DNA of 55,035 nucleotides, counting the filler, from Sphacelaria rigidula (taxonomy: Eukaryota): NCBI GenBank assembly GCA_964200075.2. It is 6 parts of 6 records of this genome, joined end to end, with 100 filler letters (N's around TTAATTAATTAA, not from the genome) between each part and the next. Parts side by side here need not be neighbours in the genome. Positions count along the whole stretch, not along the records: positions 45,948 to 55,035 come from CAXNAA020009334.1; 5 more parts are not named here. The stretch is one strand, 5' to 3'. Position 1 is the stretch's first letter. Each line of letters opens with the position of its first letter. The position numbers were made by a program, and so were the translations under genes. The notes under the pieces were generated by a model. The model was not told where the DNA came from, did no database searches, and saw only the letters and a program-made list of their open reading frames with translations. Shown here one piece after another: positions 48,729-55,035 of the stretch.

Positions 48729-50432
48729 TCACATCTTCTCAACGGGTTGGTTGAACATTAATCCAACTGCGAGCTCACGTACTGAAGTGGGCCATGCCAT
48801 CCCTTCAACTAGCTGGTTGATGTTGCTGCCAAAAATGAGCTTTTGCAGAGAGACAGGCCACTCCACTCTCTGAATGGGCTGATTGAAAAGCATCCCAAAA
48901 GTTAGCCCCCGCAGCGCTGGAGGCCATTGCACCTCCTCAATGGGCTGGTCAAAGCACTTCCCAAACGTGAGAAACTGTAGCGAAGCAGGCCACGTAGCAC
49001 CCTCAACAGCTTGGTTGAAGTTCTTCCCGAAGCTGAGCTGTTGCAGGGAGGCAGGCCACGCCACTCCCTCAATGGGCTTATTAAAACGCTGACCGAATTC
49101 GAGATGCTGCAGCGAAGCAGGCCACTGCACCCCCTCAATGGGCTGATTGAAATGACTCCCTAGAAGGAGATACTGCAGCGAGGCGGGCCACTCAACAAAC
49201 TCAATGGGGTGGTCGAAGCCACCGCAGAATTGTAGACGCAGCAGTAAAGCGGGCCACCGAACTCCCTCAATGGGATGATTGAAGTCAAACCCGAAGTCGA
49301 TACGATGCAGCGAGGAAGGCCATTCTACCTCATTGATGGGCTGATCGAAACATACCCCGAGGTTTAGACGCTTCAGCGACGCCGGCCACGCTACCCTCTC
49401 GATAGGTTGGTCGAAATCACCCATAAATGTTATAATTCTAAGGTGGGAAGGCCAGACCACCTCTGCAATGGGCTGGTTGAAGCTCTGCCCGAGAAAGAGA
49501 TGCTGTAGTGAGGAAGGCCACACCACTCCTTCGATTGGATGGTTGAAGCGAAAAAAGCGGATGTGCTGCAGCGAGATGGGCCATACCACGTGCTCGATGG
49601 GCTGGTCGAACTTCCCATCGAACGAGATTTCCTGCAGTGATGCAGGCCAAGCAACCCGTTCGATAGGCTGATCGAAACGTTCCCCGAATTCTAGACCCTT
49701 CAGCGAAGCCGGCCACGCTACCCTCTCAATAGGTTGGTTGAAATCCCCACGGAACTCGAGACGTTGAAGGTGGGAAGGCCAGACCACCTCCGCAATGGGC
49801 TGATTGAATTGCCCCCAAAACGTAATGTGCTGTAGTGAGAGAGGCCACACCACCCCCTCAATTGAACGATTGAATGACGCCAAGAAACCAATGTGCTTCA
49901 GCGACGTGGGCCATATTACCCGCTCGATGGGCTGGTCGAAGTCACCATGGAACGAGAGTTCCTGTAATGATGGAGGCCACACCACCCGCTCAATGGGCTG
50001 ATTGAACTTCGGGCGTTTTCCATGTGCGCCCAAAAATGCAATCAGTTGAACTCCCTGCGGCCATACCACATGATCCAAACTGCGATTGAAGTCGGGCGAA
50101 AATTCCACATGTTTCACGTTAGACAAGACGTCGTTCTCGCTACACATGAAGTGCGCGGGAGCACTCCCCATACACGTCACGGCACGTGCCCGCAACAAAG
50201 GCACACGACTCACAGCCGTGGAGGCTTCCTCGACAGGGGTCGCCCATAGCCGTTTCGGTGTGCCTCTCCCCACTTTCACGTGCAGGGTGCTGACAAAACG
50301 GCAAGCCAGGCAGAACTGTAGCGACGCCAGCTGCAAGTTCTTGGTTGACACGTACGGGTGTTGTCCGGAGCAAGCCTGGTTGAGAGCGATGGTGATCACG
50401 TCGAGACACAGATCGCGGCCTGGAAGGAGCAA
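48729..50432 (-). CDS. FNIP-repeat (LRR-like, 22-aa) protein with 20 tandem repeats; true start unresolved
   Basis: 567-codon ORF. Consensus F(N/D)QPIExVxWPxSLQxLxFGxx with 20 WP motifs after a non-repeat N-terminus of about 105 aa. No in-frame ATG at the 5' end before an upstream stop, so an upstream exon or a lesion is implied. Confidence 0.92.
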   Translation of the reverse strand: MLLPGRDLCLDVITIALNQACSGQHPYVSTKNLQLASLQFCLACRFVSTLHVKVGRGTPKRLWATPVEEASTAVSRVPLLRARAVTCMGSAPAHFMCSENDVLSNVKHVEFSPDFNRSLDHVVWPQGVQLIAFLGAHGKRPKFNQPIERVVWPPSLQELSFHGDFDQPIERVIWPTSLKHIGFLASFNRSIEGVVWPLSLQHITFWGQFNQPIAEVVWPSHLQRLEFRGDFNQPIERVAWPASLKGLEFGERFDQPIERVAWPASLQEISFDGKFDQPIEHVVWPISLQHIRFFRFNHPIEGVVWPSSLQHLFLGQSFNQPIAEVVWPSHLRIITFMGDFDQPIERVAWPASLKRLNLGVCFDQPINEVEWPSSLHRIDFGFDFNHPIEGVRWPALLLRLQFCGGFDHPIEFVEWPASLQYLLLGSHFNQPIEGVQWPASLQHLEFGQRFNKPIEGVAWPASLQQLSFGKNFNQAVEGATWPASLQFLTFGKCFDQPIEEVQWPPALRGLTFGMLFNQPIQRVEWPVSLQKLIFGSNINQLVEGMAWPTSVRELAVGLMFNQPVEKM

Positions 50433-51280
50433 GCAAACGGCAATGGTGTGGTCAGTGCACTCGTGGCGATTCGTGTTCTGTTGCTCGGCGATCGCATGGT
50501 ATTACCGGCAATCACTCAACAGATAGACGGGAGTTGGATACCGCGCAAGCTTGGAAACGGCAAAATAAGCGCCCAGCGGGAAAACGCACAGATTGCTACG
50601 GTGGTCATTGGGGCAATGTCTTGACTGAAGGTTGGGACCTGCTCATCTGATTGACGAGAAGAAATACTTTTCCTAGTGGACCTGTGATTAGCGGGCCCCT
50701 GAATTCCCGAAGTACACGTGCTTTTTTTCATGAGAGACTTTCAGGAAATAAATAAAAAATAAAATAACAGACAATTCTATTAGATGGGTATGTTCATTGT
50801 GAACTGTTCCACAGTTGCTGTGGGTGCGATCCATGCTCCTCCTCGCTTTCCTGAGTTCTGGTGCGGCATTTCACACCACCCTAGGTGGTGCCGGCATGGT
50901 TCGATTGCGTGTGCTAGTAGTGGAGAAAGAGGAAGAATACAATTATGCCATAATTTTTCCTCCTCTTGACATCCTCCGAGGGGGCGGGGGCGGTATTTTG
51001 TTGCTTGCCTTAGTCGTTTTACTCGACACGCATCCCTTACGAAAGATAATACCGTCACAACTCCTAATAGAGATACCTCCAACATTTGGGTGCTCATTAC
51101 GTTGTCCCATACATTACACAGAAACTCTTGCACATCTTTTCCTCTCCCTGTTTTTCGCCGTCTGTGGCTCTCTGTAATGCGTGAAAGGACTGCGTGCTTA
51201 GAGGACCGCGCCGTAGTTCAAAACACCTCAGGATCGATGATTTTCAAAACCAATCGGGCCAGTCCCTGCAGGTACCACGC

Positions 51281-51316
51281 CCCTAACCATAACCCCAACC
51301 CTAACCCTAACCCTAA
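51281..51316. repeat. Interstitial telomere-like (CCCTAA)n
   Basis: CCCTAA CCATAA CCCCAA CCCTAA CCCTAA CCCTAA. Confidence 0.8.
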
Positions 51317-51379
51317 CCATGGGGATGTTCAAATTCCGATGCGGTCCTCTAAGCGCGCGGTCCTCTCACGCATTACACT

Positions 51380-52640
51380 CTCTATCTCTTACGATAGTGG
51401 TCGTATTTCCGTTCCTATCTTTGCACCAAACTTTCTCATGTCACATTCGTTCAGTTCCCTCATCTCTTCCAACACGTCCCCTTTCTCCCTGTATAGTTCA
51501 CACCTTCCCACTACTTGAGTGCTACTCTTTGTACTCAGCAACACAGGCGATTATGTTAATATTTCCCCCACTTCACCTGCTCCGTCTCGAAAGAGATGCG
51601 TGGCCAATGGTCAAACGACGAAGGCAAGCAACAAATGAGTACGCCACCCCTCCCTCCCCCCGCCCCCTCCACCCGTCTACGCCAAGGCATGGATACTGAT
51701 CCTCGATCGGTAATTCATCCTCTCCTCACTTCCCTGTGAATTTTACCGGGTTTTACTTATCTTCGCTGCATTCCACCACTGCGCACTCGTCTATGTCCAT
51801 TGTCTCTCTCCATTTCCTAGCGTATTCCAGTTCTTTCCTTGGTCATGCAATCTTTCCGGTCTTCCTGATATGTCCCCCACGAAATCATCCGCAAATATCG
51901 ATTTTTCCGACCCTGTATCTCAACCCACCGCAACTCCTTGCATTACTGCTTCTGCTACTGCGTTTGTCGTGTCATTGATGAATACCTTCAATATAGTGGG
52001 TGATGAGGTATACCTTCGTGCAACTCCTTGTGAGGTATCAACATATTTTGACTTTTTCCCATCCAGTATCATCGCACTTCTCGCACATTCTGTCATCTCT
52101 TTCAGCATTCTCCACATCGCTCCTCTGATTCGAGTTCCCTCTATCGTTTTCCACAGCCCATTTTCCATAATATGTCGTGGGCCTTCTGTTTGTCTGGAAA
52201 TAAACAATCGATGTTAGCCCCGCGTATTTTCTATCTTGAATAATCTTGCCCAACGTGTACACATGGTCTACGCAGCTACGGTTCAGTCTACTCCCTGCTT
52301 ACCCTTCGTTGATTTTGGTCCCTTCTTCATCATTGTTATAATTCTATCTTACGAAGTCTCACAGGGTCCATTGCCTACGGTACTCAGTAGTGTTATCCCC
52401 GAAACATTTCCCGGGTCAGTCTTGTCTCCTTTCTCGAGAAGGTGTACTGCAACTCCCTCTCTTCACGTCTTGGATGCGTACTCATCTTCTCGGATTCAAT
52501 CATACAACGTGGCCATCATGATAACTACCCCATTTCCCTCGTACTTCATGAATTCACCCACTCCTTTGTCTGCCCTGCTGCCTTTCCTCCTTCACGTTTA
52601 GCTAAGCACTCCTTTACTTCCACCGTCATGAGCTATGGTG
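51380..52640 (-). mobile_element. Decayed LINE reverse transcriptase, related to 10740-11560
   Basis: KGDKTDPGN..GITLLSTVG, VYTLGKIIQDRK, GLWK..IRGAMWRMLKEM, SQGVARRYTSSPTILKVFIND, IFADDF. Frameshifts, an internal deletion and an insertion. Confidence 0.88.
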
Positions 52641-53823
52641 AGTCAAACTCTCGGAGGCGTTATGGTTTTGTACTGAACCAGTTCTAAGGTTAAAAGAGAG
52701 AAGCATGTATGTGGGAATCGGGGTAAAATTCCGATTTCACGAAGTGAATTTGGTTTCTGCTGCGGGTAAACATTCGACAACCCGTTTTTTTTCGATACGA
52801 TCTTTGCGACAGGATTTTTGCAACATTTGTTTTGCTAGATTTTTCTACTCTAAACCCCCTATTGTTTTCGTTTTTTTGGGGGAAAACTTTGTCAAACAAA
52901 AACCAAACACATCTTGCTCCAAGGAGCACCTGGACACACAGCAGTTGCTGCTGCCTACTAAGTGTCATTCTCCAAATCGACCTCCTGAGAGAGAACGCCC
53001 ACCGTTCGGTGCCCATGTACAATGAAGGATGGTCTTTACCTAACTTCATGCTCCAAAACGTACCCCACAAGGGGGCAACATCCCCGTACAGACAGTAGCA
53101 ATGCTAGCGGATCCTATGCTCTGATAGTCTGGCACAGTCTGGCAGCCGGCAAGGTGGTTATGGTAATGTCCTTCTAGCAATATCAACTTACAGTGGAGCA
53201 GCTAGAGTTTGCAGGTGAATAATGCGGCGATTGCCTCACCTGCAGTACGCCCAGATGTTGCGGGTTTTTTTCACGATATCACTGAGAAACATCACAGTAA
53301 ATACATTTATTTTCATGTGGAAACGTACCAGAGTCAGTACGAACACGATGTTGAAAGTATACTGCGCACAGTCAGTGTGGTGTGTGTGTTGTCGTCCCAT
53401 CTATTCTGGACGCCCGTCTGGACCTTTCGGTATATGTGGGCGCACCAGCCGCGGCTGTGTTACCATACAGCTTCGCCCAAGATACAGGCAGCCACTACAG
53501 CGGTAAAGGCGGCCTTTCACTCCTGCGTGCGCCACCTGGGGCAAACGCACGCTGTAGCTGCAACACGGAGACAGCTTTACAAAATGTGACGTAGCGATAT
53601 ACAGCGCGTAGCGAGGGGTGATATCCTGCGTAAACGTTGACCCCCGACACAAGGGACTGCATTCATGATGTCGCAAACTGCATAGGACAATGCGAAATCA
53701 ATGCAGGACAGGGATAGGCTAAGAATTCCACGTCCTCCGGTGTGCTTTGTCACCTTGCACCCTGCCGCTGTGCAGTGAGCAGGTAGTACCGCCGGACGCG
53801 TAACGCTGGGGTTGGTACGCACC

Positions 53824-53929
53824 CGGGTGGCCACTAGGGTGCCTGCAACCTCAAATTTGAACGTTGCAGACCTTGTGCAACGTCTGTAACGTCTACATTT
53901 GAGGTTGCAGGCACCTCAGTGGCCACCCG
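53824..53929. repeat. 106-bp hairpin (mini-MITE-like)
   Basis: CGGGTGGCCACT..GGTGCCTGCAACCTCAAAT..ACGTTGCAGAC pairs with GTCTGTAACGT..ATTTGAGGTTGCAGGCACC..AGTGGCCACCCG. Confidence 0.8.
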
Positions 53930-53979
53930 TGCAGCGTCCAACACAGCAGCAATCAGTATATTTCATGTACCGTATCATT

Positions 53980-54176
53980 GTACATAGATCTGTGCTCTAT
54001 AAGAAGACCGATGCGCGCACGCACAGAAACTATTATCGCCATTATCCATCGATCAGGGGGTACCCCCCCTCTTCAAATAGGGTACCCAGAGCCCCCCCCT
54101 CCCCCCCTACAGCCCCAGAATGAGGTTTGGGCGACCTAAGGGGTGGTGGTGCCGTCATTTCCCGATATGGGACCCC
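53980..54176. mobile_element. Partial copy of the 26774-27044 MITE
   Basis: TATCGCCAT..CGATCAGGGGG..GGTGGTGC..CATTTCCCGATATGGG.CCCC shared. Confidence 0.65.
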
Positions 54177-55035
54177 TCGGCCTAGAGTGCAGCTGTTTGA
54201 CGCTTGACACTGTCTCCTGTCTGCCCGAGAAACAGCAATTTGCAATTCTATGGCATACCGGGAAGTAAGTCGTGTACGTGTACTTGAAAACAAGAATGAT
54301 AGTGGCTGGGACTGGAGCGGGACGACCTAACGGGAATTTGCCGGGAAACGGCTCGCGTCTCAGCGTCCGCTTGCTGCGGGCCCTTCCGAATGTAGGGCGA
54401 CAGCGATAACACGAACACGATTTTTGCTTCAATACAACAACTTTACGCTTCCGTGCAATGCCACATCACCATACCCCGGGTGCGTGCGGCAGACCATCAT
54501 TTTAGAGTAGAAGGGCCCAGCCGAGACCACTCCGGTTTCACCGCCGCAATCCGAGACCGCAACGTCACAAACACCGAAATATATTGAAGTTGGAAGCGCC
54601 CTGGACACAGGGCAACCTATAATATAAAATAGTCATATTCCGGGGTACAGGGATGGTGTCATGGTAGTTTCTAGGCACTACGAGACACTATCCTAGTTTT
54701 GGATACAAGTGGACGGGGGTGTTCGAGGTTGAAGTATTAAAAGTAAAAAAACTTGTAGGCCGGCCGTCAGGTTTTGGAATCTGGGGTATGTTTGAGAGAA
54801 AATACAACAAAGCAAGATACGATTTTTAGAGCTTTTGTATGTTTAGGGTACGTGAGAGCTAAACCTGTAGGGTACTTCCGAGTTGGACGATATTTCAAGG
54901 GTAGAGTCACAGATTTGAGTTCAAGTGCGTGTGGGAGGACAAAAGGGTCAAAGGCGAGCGGGATGCGATCGAGCATCGACGCAACCCCCCCCCCCCCCCC
55001 CCCCCCGCCCCCCACTCCCATCTTCCCCACCCCCC

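Noticed and set aside
48729-50432. Endogenous giant-virus insertion inferred from FNIP repeats
   Set aside because: FNIP repeats occur in giant viruses but also in cellular eukaryotes, and there are no viral core genes or gene-dense viral context in this contig.

Overview
Repeat-rich eukaryotic DNA with spliceosomal introns, most likely from a brown alga (Phaeophyceae, Ectocarpus-like; inferred from gene and repeat types). The window is not contiguous. It is six contigs of 9090, 9090, 9090, 9089, 9088 and 9088 bp joined by artificial 100-bp linkers (44N-TTAATTAATTAA-44N), so nothing should be linked across the joins. Contig 1: a nest of decayed Ty3/gypsy elements, LTRs and fold-back MITEs, plus a weakly supported minus-strand gene. 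Contig 2: a LINE RT fragment and a spliced GEP4/YqeG-type phosphatidylglycerophosphate phosphatase with a GC-AG intron. Contig 3: mostly MITEs and repeats. Contig 4: hAT-type elements with 41-bp arrays and ARM-like exons. Contig 5: six phase-consistent exons of a bacterial-Ig-like repeat protein. Contig 6: an uninterrupted 20-repeat FNIP ORF and a LINE. The most interesting signals are (i) alternating near-identical and hypervariable blocks in the FNIP array, resembling a diversifying receptor, and (ii) three unrelated MITE families sharing AACA...TGTT ends and variable 4-bp target duplications.
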